Source of the DNA: Octopus sinensis
Lineage: Eukaryota
Assembly (NCBI RefSeq): GCF_006345805.1
Contig: NC_042997.1
Location: 168,268,001 to 168,332,000, forward strand
DNA length: 64,000 nucleotides
Direction: 5' to 3'
In this document: in pieces, positions 24,406 to 37,382 of the stretch
Layout: the number at the start of each line of letters is the position of its first letter
Position numbering within the stretch: the stretch's first letter is position 1
Translations under genes and position numbers: made by a program
Notes under the pieces: generated by a model
Databases searched by the model: none
Told to the model about the DNA's origin: nothing
The model's input: the letters and a program-made list of their open reading frames with translations, nothing else

Positions 24406-24671
24406 TGTGGTGTATGCAGAAGATTTGAAATAAGGATACCTACCTTCTCTTCATCGACACAGACCTCTCCAGTGGTAATGCACCCTTCCACGTGGCCCAA
24501 CCTGAACGCTAGAAATAGCAGCTGCTTTTCCCCTACCTTGACAAAGCGCTCACATGTCCAACTCTGTCGGCTACCTCGATCGAAAAGTCCCAATGCTCCC
24601 CTGCCTGCGTGTGCGTTACTCCTGCCCCTTCCTCTTCCGGTCAGCTCCCCAGCTGCTGACGTCATCCCACA
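24406..24671. mobile_element. 266-bp solo LTR inserted in a SINE head
   Basis: TGTGG...CCACA termini and 5-bp TSD GGTGT (24401-24405 and 24672-24676). Removing it restores the SINE text tagggtgttgca. Confidence 0.8.
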
Positions 24672-25646
24672 GGTGTTGCAATTATGATCTTGAGATCATG
24701 ATTTTCATTCCTGGACTAGGTGGTGCATTGTGTTTTTGAGCAAAATACTTCATTCCATGTTGCTTTGCAATCACTTCAATTCATTTTGATACCTGGTGTG
24801 AACCATCATGGTACAGGTAACTCTTTTCCAATATTCAGATAACTTCCAATCCTCCATGTCAGCTAACTTTTTCTCAACTACAACTTTAATCTTTATGCTC
24901 TTTAATGCCACAGACTGTTCACTAATACACCATGCTGTTCCAGAAAAAAAGGAGACATAAAAAATATAAAATTTTGCCCGAACACCATGTATGTGTATAC
25001 ATGTATATATATAAACTGTAATGAGTACCATGGAACAGATGAATAGCTTGTAGTCACCTTCATCTGCCATCAGTCAATTTTTAACTAGTCATTTCATTCA
25101 CCTTCCCTTATAAACTAATGTTTTTCTGGTCTCATTTATTGTTTACAGTAAAAGCTGTCTTACCTTAATTACACTTGCAATGGTTAAGATGTAACATGTA
25201 GGGCTCACCAAACGAAACAATATAATTGTTACTGGTAGGTTGTGGCAGGTTGAGATGTGACATATGGAGATGTTGCAAGTTAGACAAATGGCAGTGTGTT
25301 GCATAATTTAAGAAACAACAAGTTGAAAAGTCTGACATGTTGCAGACTTTACTGAACTGTTATTAAGTTTCATAAAACCATCTGAATGATGGCAAAATTT
25401 CATTCATTAACACACTACAACTTTTATCCGACGGACTTGCTGTCTTCTTTTACTGCCTATTCTGGACAAGGAAATGATATACGTCACTTCAGTCTTATCT
25501 TTCCCCTGACAGAATTATGCCATCTCTATCTGGCATTATAAGTTTTAAAAACAAATTAAAATCTAATTCTGAATCCATTCTAAAAGTTATTCTGCCATTG
25601 ATATATATTTTTCTGTCATATTTTCTTCCTTTCTTTGATTTCATAG

Positions 25647-25727
25647 AATCAATGATTGGAGATGTAAATTTGTTTTTTAATGATCCTTTTTTGGAAGATA
25701 CTGCTGAAATTGAAGTTATGATAGCAG
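25647..25727 (+). CDS. NAT9: NAT9 coding exon (81 nt)
   Basis: ttcatag|AA TCA ATG ATT GGA GAT GTA AAT...GCA G|gttagt. Encodes (E)SMIGDVNLFFNDPFLEDTAEIEVMIA, the GDVNLF...EIEVMIAE signature. Confidence 0.95.
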
Positions 25728-26849
25728 GTTAGTAATATTGTAATATTTGTTTTACTCATTTTTGTTATCTTTTGCTTTTATCTGACACTTCTTTTTTATT
25801 ACTGCTACATATCCTTGTAATATTTTTGTTCATAAAGTTGGCACAAGCAGTAAATATACTGATAATTCCATATCTTATCTATTTAGGTATTTCATTGCTT
25901 TTTTTAATGGCATTTTGGGCAGAAGTGGAGCAGATGTATACTGGGAATTCTTTTTAGTTTCTGTTTCTTTTTCCAAATAATCCTCCATTTTGCCATACGT
26001 TGTCTAGCTCACAACTCATGATTATTCTTCCTAAATGCCCCTCATCTAGATCTATCACAAAATGAAAAATTCTCAAGATTTTTTCTCTGACTGAATCTAT
26101 AACCACAATCCATCAAAGTGCAATGGTTAACATACTTTAGTTCACACTTACTTCACCTTGCATATCTATTTCTTTACTACCCACAAGAGGCTAAACACAG
26201 GGAGGACAAACAAGGACAGACAGACAGATTAAGTCGATTACATCAACCCCAGTGCGTAACTGGTACTTATTTAATTGACCCCGAAAAGATGAAAGGCAAA
26301 GTCAACCTCGGCGGAATTTGAACTCAGAACGTAATGCAGATGAAATACCGCTAAGCATTTCACCTGGCGTGCAGCTCACCACCTTTCACCTTGTATATCT
26401 TCAGTCACAGAATATTCAATCAGAAAGTTGGATAAGTATAATGATATTGATATTACATACTCTAAACTTCACACAACCATACACTACTAGGTAGCAAGTG
26501 CAGCATAGTCCCAGTACTGACAACATACAGAAGATCAACAAACCTAGAGTAAAAGTCCAATGGGTTGTCACTAAATACTTGATAGACCTGTTTAAGTTGA
26601 GCTGAATCTATCTAACCATAGCAACAAAATTCAGTGAATACAGCATAAGGTTTATACCCTTTTCTTTTTGTCTGTCTGGTATTTATTTAATCTATCTCAG
26701 AAAGATGAAAGACTAACCTAAGAAAAAATGGAACTGTAGAATGTTAAGCTATAGGCATTTTTCTGACAAGAATCAGTTCTGGTCTGCTGCTCTAACGTTA
26801 TGCTGTTTTATTTTGTATGTTGATATATATATATTTTTTTTTTTTGCAG

Positions 26850-26909
26850 AAATTTCTTCTAGAAGAAAGGGATTTGGAAAACAAGCCGTAATCTTGATGA
26901 TGGTATACG
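26850..26909 (+). CDS. NAT9: NAT9 coding exon (60 nt), GNAT acetyl-CoA-binding motif A
   Basis: Poly-T tract then gcag|AA ATT TCT TCT AGA AGA AAG GGA TTT GGA...TAC G|gtaat. Encodes (E)ISSRRKGFGKQAVILMMVY, which has the R/QxxGxG motif. Confidence 0.93.
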
Positions 26910-26957
26910 GTAATAATGTTTGTTTAAAACAGTTTAATTAATGATATTTATTTATGA

Positions 26958-27345
26958 CTAGCAATATCGCCCGGCGTTGCTCGGGTTTGTAAGGGAAATA
27001 ACTATAAAGTATTTTTAGTGAGTTATAGCCAAAAAATAGCCAAAAAAATGCATTAAAAATGGAAAAAAAATTATGGTAAATTTTTTTTTAAATCGTTGAC
27101 TCATCGTAGACATTTTTAGAGAGTTACTACCCTTATATAATAGCGAAAAAAATGCATTAAAATGGAAAAAAATGATGGTAAATTATTTTTAAAATCGTAG
27201 ACTCATGCTAATACCCAGAAGGGCTCGATATGAATCACGACTATAAGATACCCAGTTTTGGTTAAACTGCACCGCAAAATGTGGGAGTAGTTAGGACTCT
27301 AAATCGTAGGAGACAGACACACAACTTCACTTTTATATATAAAGA
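26958..27345 (-). mobile_element. Non-autonomous Helitron
   Basis: Minus strand 5' TCTTTATATATAAAAG; 3' cccgagcaacgccgggcgatattgCTAG. Confidence 0.82.
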
Positions 27346-28919
27346 TGAATATAAGTGTTTGTGTGTGTATGTACTTGTGTGTGTGTGTGTGTGTATGTAC
27401 TTGTGTGTGTGTGTGTGTGTGTGTGCATGTGTGTGAGTTTGTCTCATATATGTCTATGTATATCTGTGCGTGTGTGACTTTTATTGTTTAACGTCTATTT
27501 TTTCCATTCTTGTATAAGCTTGTTGGGCCTGCAGTACTCTATCATTTCATGCATTTTGATAGTGTGTGACTCTTGTCTGAAAAGTTCAACGTCCTAATTA
27601 TTTCTTTGTAATGCTTATTTGATTAACAAAGTATTCTTTCTCTGTCTGTCTGTCTGTCAGTCTGTCCATCCGTTTGTCTGTCTGTCTCTCCTCCTCCTAC
27701 CCCCACCTTTTATAAATAAACATTTTATTTTACTGCAATGCTCCAAATTTTCCATATATCATTTCATCTAGCTCTATGTACCAGATTATTCAAGGAATGT
27801 TACCTTTCATAGGTTGGTGTTCACAAGAAGAGATTTATTTTTCCCACCATTGAAGCATTTTCTCACATTTAGTTTGTAAAAGTGTTCTTGAATGTTGATA
27901 TATATATATATATATATAAAATGATATTTTTAAAGAAAATGTAGATTGACTTATTCCCCACTTCTCTACTAAGTAGATTTACAAACTATCTTTACGACAG
28001 GTGTGGCTGTGTAGTTGAGAAGTTTGCTTCCCAACCCCATGGTTCCATGTTCAATCCCACTGCATGGCACTTTGAGCAAGTGTCTCCCCTAACATAAATC
28101 CAGGCCAAATAAAGTCTTGTGAATGGATTTGGTAGACAGAAACCGAAAGAAGTCTGTCGTATACATCTGTGTGTGTGTGTGTGGTGTGTGTGTGTGTATC
28201 TCCTTGCCTTGACAATGTACGATTGTTGTAAATGAGTGTCATTGTTATACAAGCAGTGCCCTTTGTTTCTAATCTTCTGTGAAAACATGTCTAGCCATGG
28301 GGAACAATTACCTTGCTTGAAAACAGGTGTGGGTTGGCAACTAGAAGAGCATCCAGTTGTAGAAAGATTGCCTCAAACAAGTTCCATCCAACAACCCATG
28401 CAAACATGGAAAATGTTGATAATGTAATAACACTTCATGGTGCTCACAGGTGGGTTACTTTACAGGTGATGTCCAAAAGAATGAATCTAGCATTAGACAT
28501 TCCAAAAATAATACCTGGGGTTTTTTTGGGGGGTTTTTTCATCATAAAGGGTATGCATGTGACTGGATAATATTTCTGAAAATAGAGACACAATATCTGT
28601 TAAAAAGAAAGTCAATTAATGCTCTTTGATTAGCACAAATGGTGATGAAGTTTGTATTTATAATGGGCTCATAATGTCAGCTTCTGTATAAAGTACAGAA
28701 TGCAACATGCAAGTAATTTACTATACTGTCATATGATTCTGTAAAGCTAGACAGTAAAGATGTAAGAAAAAGTCAATTTACATTTTCTTTAAGAATATCA
28801 TAACTAACATATAAACAGATTAGTGTAACCCTTTAGCATTCAGAATATTCTGTTAAATGTAATGCTTATTTATTGGCATTGTTTTGAATTAGTCCTGAAT
28901 TATCTTGTAGCTTCAAAAA

Positions 28920-29150
28920 GGCAGCGAGCTGGCAGAAACGTTAGCTCACCGAGCGAAATGCATAGCTGTATTTTGTCTGCCGTTACGTTCTGGGTTCAAA
29001 TTCCGCCAAGGTCGACTTTACCTTTCATCCTTTTGGGGTTGATAAATTAAGTACCAGTTACGGACTGGGGTCGATGTAATCAACTTAATCTGTTTGTCTG
29101 TCCTTGTTTGTCCCCTCTGTGTTTAGCCTCTTGTGGGTAGTAAAGAAATA
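28920..29150 (+). mobile_element. Family A SINE with 16-bp TSD, inserted in a piggyBac-like MITE (about 28829-29305)
   Basis: TATCTTGTAGCTTCAA at 28901-28916 and 29151-29166. The host begins CCCTTTAGCATTCAGA. Confidence 0.88.
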
Positions 29151-29534
29151 TATCTTGTAGCTTCAAGAGTTCGATGATGGGGTAGTTTACTTCTAGAATG
29201 ACATAGTAGTGTTGGTGTGTGTGTGTGTGGCGCATATTTGGCCTATTTAAACACAAAGCTGGATAGAATATTTTGGCCAGATATGGTTGGTTTAAATGCT
29301 AAAGGTCTAAGGAAGGATCCATTTCTAAATCAACCCTCTACTGGTGAATAGTTATGAGCTTCAAATAAGAAATAAATCGTTTCTAATTAGATGTGGACCA
29401 TAATATTAGTGACAGACAATAATAAAGGAATGTGCTGTATGAATGTTACTATATCTTTATAAACATTGAGGTTTGTCTTTACAATGGGTGAAATGAAGTT
29501 CAAAGATGAAAAATTTATTGTCTTTACATTGCAG

Positions 29535-29629
29535 GAGTTGAAATTCTGAAAATAACTAAGTTCACAGCTAAAATCGGAATGAGCAATTCTATAAGCCTGG
29601 GTTTATTCCTCAATATGGGCTTTATTGAG
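29535..29629 (+). CDS. NAT9: NAT9 coding exon (95 nt)
   Basis: cattgcag|GA GTT GAA ATT...ATT GAG|gtaagt. Encodes (G)VEILKITKFTAKIGMSNSISLGLFLNMGFIE, similar to NAT9 LTKFEAKIGQGNEPSIRMFQKLHFE. Confidence 0.92.
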
Positions 29630-32600
29630 GTAAGTTACATATAAATTTTTTTCTTGACTTGCAGCATATTCTTCATAGCTTTCACGTTAACATTAGTGAG
29701 CTTATTTGTTTCAAATTTTTGCACAAGGCCAGCAGTTTTGGGGGAGGGGCCAATCCCAGTTCTCAACTGATATTTTATTGAACTCAAAAGGATGAAAAGT
29801 ATAGTCAACCTCAGTGAAATTTGAACTCAGAATGTAGAGATGGACGAAATGCCACTAAGCATTTTGCCCAGTGTGCTAATGATTCTGCCAGCTCACTGCC
29901 TTAATTATAAGTGAAATTATTGATTAATGTTTTGTATCATCGATGCATGCTGTGGGATAAAATCTTGAAAAATTACATCAATGATTCATTCTTACTCATC
30001 ACCTTAAATGACTTCACTATCTATACGAGTATCTTTATAGAATAGCACAAACACTATTATTTCTTCTGTCTTGTTCTTCTGATTCTAAGGCCTTCCCTAG
30101 CACCCATTCTCCAAAGAATCAAATTATCATAAAGAAAAATCCATGTAGCTGAGTAGATCAAACAGAAAGAGATCTAGTTTGTTGGTTTTATGACTCATAG
30201 TTGTGTTTGTATCTCATCAGATCCCTTTTTCAAATTCAGTTAATTTTGTTTCATTGGTTATTAGTTCTTCTTCATAGTCTCTTGTTTTTTTTGTAATTTA
30301 ATATTCATAGCTTTTTGTTTTTTATGACTTACTTTCACAAGTATATTACTTCTGGTCTCAGCACATTAGTATTTTATCTCTGTAGGTGCAGAAATGACTG
30401 TGTGGTTACAAAGTACACTTCGCAACATGCTTTCAGATTCAGTCCCACTGTGCAATTACCTTGGCCAAGTGTCTTCTGTAGCTCCTGGCCAACCAACACC
30501 TTGTGACTGAATTTGGTAGATGCAAACTGTAAGAAGCTAGTAACACTCACATGAATGGATGGATAGACGGACAGACGGATGGACGGATTTATTTATCTAT
30601 TTATTTATTTGTGTGTGTAAGTTGTCTAAGGCTATAAGTCAGGAAAAAAATATATATGTGTATAGAAACAGAGGGGTATACAGAAGTCATGGCCTGGATG
30701 TGGCTGGGCCCCCTTACAATGTAAGAGATTAAGGGGCAAAACATTTGCATGGGGTCTCTGAAGACCTTCTGCTGTTTAGCTTGCCCTAGAGTTTCTTACT
30801 ACTTTACCACCAAGAATGTAGTTAGGGCACATTATATATATATATGTATGTATATATGTGCACACACACACACATAAAACACACAGATTGTTTATAAAAT
30901 ATTTAGATACCACCTAATTACAGCCTTAATATGTGTGTGTACTTGTGAAGGCAGCAAGCTGGCAAGATTGTTAGCAGGCCAGGCAAAATGCTTAGCAGTA
31001 TTCCATCCATGTTTGTGTTCAGAGTTCAAATTCCACCAAGGTTGACTTTACCTTTCATCCTCTTGGGGTTGATAAAATAAATACCAGTTGAGTACTGGGG
31101 TTGATGTAAATGACTTATCCCCTCACCTGCAATCGCTGGCCTTGTGCCAAAATTTTAAACAATATGTGTGTGTGTTTATGTTTGTGTGTGTGTGTTCGTG
31201 TATGTGTGTGTGTGTGTGTGTTCGTGTTTGTGTTTGTGTGTGTGTGTATGTGTTTTCCCTAATTTGACATTTGTGTGTTGATTGTAAGCGAAATCATTGT
31301 TCATAAAAGTGGTACCATACATTTGCAAACTTCTATGGAAACTAATTGGCTATTGAGTTGTTCATTGTACAAAGAACTAGGGTAAGTGTTACCTTGCTTA
31401 GAAACAGGTGTGGGAAGGTGACAGGAAGAGCTTCTCAACCATGGAAAAATTGTTTCAGTGTGTTTCATCTGAGTCATGCAAGCATGAAAGTGTGGCCATT
31501 AAAATGATAATGATGATTACAAACACTAAATGTGTATGTACATATGAGTATATGTATATTATTTTCCACTTTACATTGCATAAGTCTGTCACTGTCACTT
31601 CAGATTTCTAAACAATAACTGGTTATTTATAAATTCAATACAATATGATATGGTGGTAGAATTTTGAAGCATAACAGTGATACACTCTGAGTCCTCTGCT
31701 TGAATGACTTAAAATAAACACTGCTATCAAAAGATTACTCCTGCTCTCAACATAGTAATCACTTTTTATTTCATATATTAATATATAATATATAACTTAA
31801 TTAGGTGCAGGTATGGCTGTGTGGTTAAAAAATCTTGCTTCCCGACCATGTGGTTTTGGATTCAGTTCTACTGTACAGCACCTGTGTTTTCTATTATAGA
31901 AGTTGGGTTGACCTAAACCTTGTCAGTGGATTTGATAGATGGAAAATGAAAGATACACTCTTGGAGTGGTTGGCATTAGGAAGGGCATCCAGCTGTAGAA
32001 ACCATGCCAAATTAGACTGGAGCCTGGTACAGCTCTCTGGCTTACTAGTTTCAGTCAAATCATCTAACCCATGCCAGCTTGGAAAGCAGGTGCTGAATGA
32101 AGATGATGATGATGACAACGACAATGATGATATATATATATCATCATCATCATCATCGTTTAACGTCCATTTTCCATGCTGGCATGGGTTGGACAGTTTG
32201 ACTGAGGTCTGGAGAGCACCAGGCTCTAATCTAATCTGGCAATGTTTCTACAGCTGGATGCCCTTCCTAACGCCAACCACTCTGAGAGTATAGTGGGTGC
32301 TTTTCACATGCCTCCGGCACAAGAGCCAGTCAGGTGGGCCTGGCATTGATCATGTTCGGATAGTGCTTTTTATGTACCACCAGCATAGGGGCCAGTCAGA
32401 GGGTACTAGCATCAGCCATGTTTGGATGGTGCTTTTTACATGCCACCAGCACCATTGGAGCCAGTCAGTGAGTACTGGCATTGGCCACATTCAGGCCTTT
32501 TTAGTTTGTGTAACAACTAACTAGGATAGAAACCCAACCAATATATATGTTTTTAGGCTCTTTTAGTCTAGGAAATTAGGTTAACTAGATGTCTTGGCTA

Positions 32601-32926
32601 ATTTTCAGTTTGAGGTTTTTAAAATTTGTATTTTATTTGGAATGAGGATAGATTTCCAAAGTTGTACAGCACTAGGCCAATAGAATTGGTATAGTGTTTT
32701 AAATAAGTTTAAATGAGTTGTTATATTGTTGGCACATTGTTAAGCCAGTAGTAATGGTAAAAGAGAGGAATTTAAAGTTTGACTGTAGGACAGTAGAAGG
32801 AGAATTTTAATGAGTGTAAGTTGTTTTTAAGTTAAAACAACAAAATGATAAAAATATTATAATGTGAATCAAAAGTGCAATGTTTTTTCTCTGTCTCACA
32901 ATTTTTTTTATTATTTTACTTTCCAG

Positions 32927-33046
32927 GAATCTCGCAGCAGTGTGTTTCAAGAAATAACTCTCGCTTTACCTGTAACAGATGATGTCCTTCAGTATTTGAG
33001 GCAAGAATCCCAATCATTTGGAATGAGAATTAATCTCTCATCATAA
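32927..33046 (+). CDS. NAT9: NAT9 terminal coding exon
   Basis: ttttactttccag|GAA TCT CGC AGC AGT GTG TTT CAA GAA ATA ACT...TCA TAA. Encodes ESRSSVFQEITLALPVTDDVLQYLRQESQSFGMRINLSS*, with the conserved SSVFQEVTL motif. Confidence 0.92.
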   Translation, partial: ESRSSVFQEITLALPVTDDVLQYLRQESQSFGMRINLSS

Positions 33047-33364
33047 ATATTGTGACTGTCAGAGAGAAAACTTTCCTGACAAAAAAAAACTTCAGATGCT
33101 AGTTGAAGCCATTTCACTTCATTTATATCAAAAATGCTTTTGAGAAAGGCATAAACATCACATATTCTTGTTTCTCTATCTTTATATGTCTGAGGCCTTG
33201 TACCTATGTAAAAAATCAATTTATCTATAATTGTTACTATTGTGTGTGAGTTGAGTCTCACAATATCTCCAATGACTTTTATATGAAGATAAAGTTTTGC
33301 TAATGAAATTTCTGGTATATTTTCCATTCCACTCATAACATTTTACTATTACTTTTCGAAAGAA

Positions 33365-33390
33365 AATAAATACAGAAATAAATAAAACAT
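33365..33390 (+). terminator. Candidate polyadenylation signals of NAT9
   Basis: Clustered AATAAA hexamers about 320-340 nt after the stop codon; another lies near 33500. Which one is used is not demonstrated. Confidence 0.4.
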
Positions 33391-33605
33391 AAAAAGAGAA
33401 AATGTAATATTGCATTGAACTGTTGCAGTGTAGTTATTTCTTTTCATTTATCATCTGTTGATGCAGCATATATTTTCCCACAGCACTGTTCTCTGGAAAT
33501 AAAGACATCTTTGGAGAAAAGTGTGTACAAAACAATAGTATCACACTTACTTTCATGGGCACCAAGAAGGAAAAGGAATGGATGGCATTGCTGAACGAGG
33601 AGAAT

Positions 33606-34409
33606 GGATCTTTTCCTTTTGAACGGCACTTTGTAACATAATTTCTAGGTCACTAAAAAGTTTTAAACTTCGTATACTGGTAGAATGTGTTTATAAAACA
33701 TCATTTTCTCTTGGTTTTATTGAGAAAATTCTATAGTTTGTAAGATATTTTGTCTAAAATTTCTAGCATTTCGGCAATTTTAACCAATCGATTACCTCCA
33801 TTGAGCTAAAATCATTTGCTGCATCTAAAACTGAGACATCCTGTCACTAACCTTAAACCTCCCCCTAACCCTAACCCTAATTTTTTTTTTCTTAATTGTT
33901 AAATTAATTTAATTGTTACGTGTGTAAAAAAAACGAAAGCAATGGAAAATAATTTAAACAATTAACAAACAAAATAATTCTATAATTTTATGCACACGCT
34001 TTCCATATGTATACAGAAAGCATGTGTTACGGAAAGTGTGTGTATAAAATTATAGAATTATTTTGTTTGTTAATTGTTTAAATTATTTTCCATTGCTTTC
34101 ATTTTTTTTACACACGTAACAATTAAATTAATTTAACAATTAAGAAAAAAAAATTTAGGGTTAGGGGGAGGTTTAGGGTTAGTGACAGGATGTTATCTCA
34201 GTTTTAGATGCAGCAAATGATTTTAGCTCAATTAGAGGCGATTCATTGGTTAAAATTCGAAAAATTAAACCATGTTAAACAAACGAATTACAATTTTATC
34301 AAGAAAGCCAAGAGAAAAAATGTTTTATTTTGACACATTCTACCAGTATACAAAGTTTTAAAGTGTTTAGTTAACTAGAAATTGTGTACCGTTCAAAAGG
34401 AAAAGATCC
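33606..34409. mobile_element. 804-bp palindromic MITE (fold-back) with 8-bp TSD
   Basis: GGATCTTTTCCTTTTGAACGG...CCGTTCAAAAGGAAAAGATCC; TSD AGGAGAAT at 33598-33605 and 34410-34417; arms pair to a centre near 34010. Confidence 0.88.
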
Positions 34410-36984
34410 AGGAGAATCTATGGAGAGGATCTATGCCAAGTAGATCCAATAGGGAAACAGCTACTGATGTTGACAGCTATATGGTCAAAGATGCAATTAA
34501 TCTTTTTGATACCAACCAATCTGAGACAGTCCTTGGTCTTATGACACAAATTTTTTGTTTAAAGTGATCTAAATGAAAATCTTCCATCAAAATTTCATGA
34601 TAATTTTTGTTCTGAACACCACCTCAATTACTTGATTAAATCTTTCAAAATTTTCAAAATTAATTGAAACAAAGACAGTGACTTCAACAGAAATATAGTA
34701 ACAAAAGGCTTAAGGATATAAACACAAGGAAAGCAGCTGAACCATCAAAGAAAGCCACTTAGCTTATGAAAATATTTAGTGAAGTAGGACATATGTTAGT
34801 CATCCACATGGTTAATTAGCTGGTACTAGGAGATGTTATTCCCAATGGTTGATGTAGCAGTATTATCATCAATTGTGATAAAAGTAAAGGAGATGCTTTG
34901 GAAAGAAGCAACAACAGAAGTATCAAATTGAAGGCCCATGTTATGAAAGTAACAAAAACGTTAGAACACAACTAATTAGGAAGAGCTTAGATGAGCTGTC
35001 AGTTCAAGTTTGTGTCTGGAGGGTGTACCACTGATGCCTTCTTTTTGGTGAGACCACCGTAGAAACTATGAGCCAAAGCTCTTCTTCAGTGACATGAAGA
35101 AGGCCTTTGAAGGGTACCGCATTAAGGTTTCTGGTAGTTGCTAAAAAAACTAGGTGGAGATGAATGGCTTTCAAATGTCATGCAAGCCATGTGCTGAAAT
35201 GCTGTAAGTAGGTAGAAATCAGCAATGAGATCAGTGATAAATTTAACATACACCTCAGTATATACATCAGTATTCAATGATGGAAACCAATTTCAAGAGA
35301 ATGAATTTCTTCAAGGAAATGAAAAAGATCAGCCTCAAGCTCCCATCCAATACGTTTAAACTGGGAATTAAAAATAATGGTGATTATCTATTCTTTTTAT
35401 TGGTGGCACGTAAAAAGCACCCACTACACTCACGGAGTGGTTGGCGTTAGGAAGGGCATCCAGCCGTAGAAACACTGCCAGATTTGACTGGGCCTGATGA
35501 AGCCTTCTGGCTTCACAGACCCCAGTAGAACCGTCCAACCCATGCTAGCATGGAAAACGGACGCTAAACGATGATGATGATGATGATGATGATTATCACT
35601 GTTGCATTGCTGAATACTGTGTATAAGGATCTGCTTAAGCTACACTTTAGGCCTTCCATTAATTGTCGTTTGACATCATAGGTTAAAAAAAGTTATTTGA
35701 TAAAATTTAGAATATGATGAAATTGTTGCAAGTAAGTAGGCAACTATCTCATCTTTACCTTTGTCTTATGATCCCTTTACAGTTAACAAATATTTGGACA
35801 ATGAATTAAAAGATGACTTTGCTAGGAATGTAACACATGTGAATCTAGTGACTCCCTTTTAGTGACATAATATTACTAATAAACTAATACAATTATACAA
35901 TCATTCATTCATGGAAAAGTGACTTCAAAGAAGAGGAAACTACCAGCACAAAAGTATGCGGGTGAAATTTGTGCACCTCTGCTCTCATACAACTATTATA
36001 AATAGAGAAGCTGAGGTAGTACTCTAGTTAAAAGTGTGATGGAAGGATGGATGTCAGGAAGATGGGTTCAGAAAACAAAACAAAGCAGGGAAGCACTTGG
36101 TACCTGTATCTATGTGTCCTGTTTTGGGCATCTTGTAATAGAATTTGAGTTTCAAGAATTCTTAAAACTGGAAATGATGACTTTTGAAGAAGATAAGCTA
36201 TACTGTGCAGATGTTGGGTACAAACCGTTACATTAAATTGACGACGATGGCAGCGGCGATGACGGTTTTGGTGATGGTGGTGGCAGCGATGAGTGAATTT
36301 ATATTGGTCTTTTAGATAATTTTGTAACAAGTAATTTATTTATAGAAGAGATTTGCAATATGGTATTTTTGTTAGTATTAAAGCAGATGCAAAACAAATC
36401 TCTCCTTTGCAAGAATGCTAGACCATCACATGTAACTTTTACTTGTAAATTCTGATACTGTTGAACCTAACAGTGCTTATGCATAATATCAAACTAGAGT
36501 GACTTATGACTGATTTTTTAGTTATAGCATCTGTCAACTAAATAATTAAAAGAATGAATATGAACTAAATAGTTAGTTAATTAGTGTTAAAGATATGCGG
36601 ATGTTAAATATCTCATCCAGCAATTTTGTTTTTATTTCCTTTTTTTTTTTATAACAGTCTGGATTTTATATGCAACCACTACAGCCAAAGTTGGATATTG
36701 ATTTCTCTCAATTTGGCTAAAGTCCACAAATTTGTAGAGAAGCTGTATAGTTGATTAAAATGATTCCAACCTTTACTTGTTGTTTATTTTATCAATGTCA
36801 GAGGGATCAAAGAGGCAAGACTAAATACTGCAAAGCATTTATTTTGGCATCTGTATCTACCACTCCCCAATCTCCAGAAATGCGGTATATGAAAATAATG
36901 TTTAAAAATCAAATGCGCAAATCTATATGTTGTTATATTGCTATTCAAGTAATGGGATAAGTGAAATAGTTCTTTTACTCTTTA

Positions 36985-37382
36985 CTCTTTTACTATTTTA
37001 CTTGTTTCAGTCATTTGACTGTGGCCATGCTGGAACACTGCCTTTAGTCGAGCAAATCGACCCCAGGACTTATTCTTTGTAAGCCTAGTACTTATTCTAT
37101 CAGTCTCTTTTGCCGAACTGCTAAGTTACGGGGATGCAAACACACCAGCATCGGTTGTCAAGCGATGTTGGGGGGACAAACAGACACACGAACACACACA
37201 CACACACACACATATATATGACGGGCTTCTTTCAGTTTCCGTCTACCAAATCCACTCACAAGACTTTGGTCGGCCCGAGGTTATAGTAGAAGACACTTGC
37301 CCAAGGTGTCACGCAGTGGGACTGAACCCAGAACCATGTGGTTAGCAAGCAAGCTACTTACCACACAGCCACTCCTGCGCCT
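36985..37382 (-). mobile_element. Full-length tRNA-headed SINE (family B); partial copies at about 5140-5575, 8555-8780, 9180-9330, 10065-10225, 22370-22745, 27995-28390, 40695-40915, 43420-43550, 60650-60815
   Basis: Head ggcgcaggagtggctgtgtggtaagtagc...gggttcagtcccac, central (TG)n, tail gcggcagtgttccagcatggccacagtc-like, repeated throughout the window. Confidence 0.88.

Noticed and set aside
24390-24665. GC-rich 91-aa ORF
   Set aside because: It coincides with a solo LTR, and I recognise no protein motif.
33855-33880. (CCCTAA)n as an interstitial telomere
   Set aside because: Only 2-3 units, mirrored within the MITE arms.
35494-35515. CTGATGA followed by an agcc/ggct hairpin inside a family C SINE
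   Set aside because: No GAAA follows the hairpin, and other family copies lack the motif.
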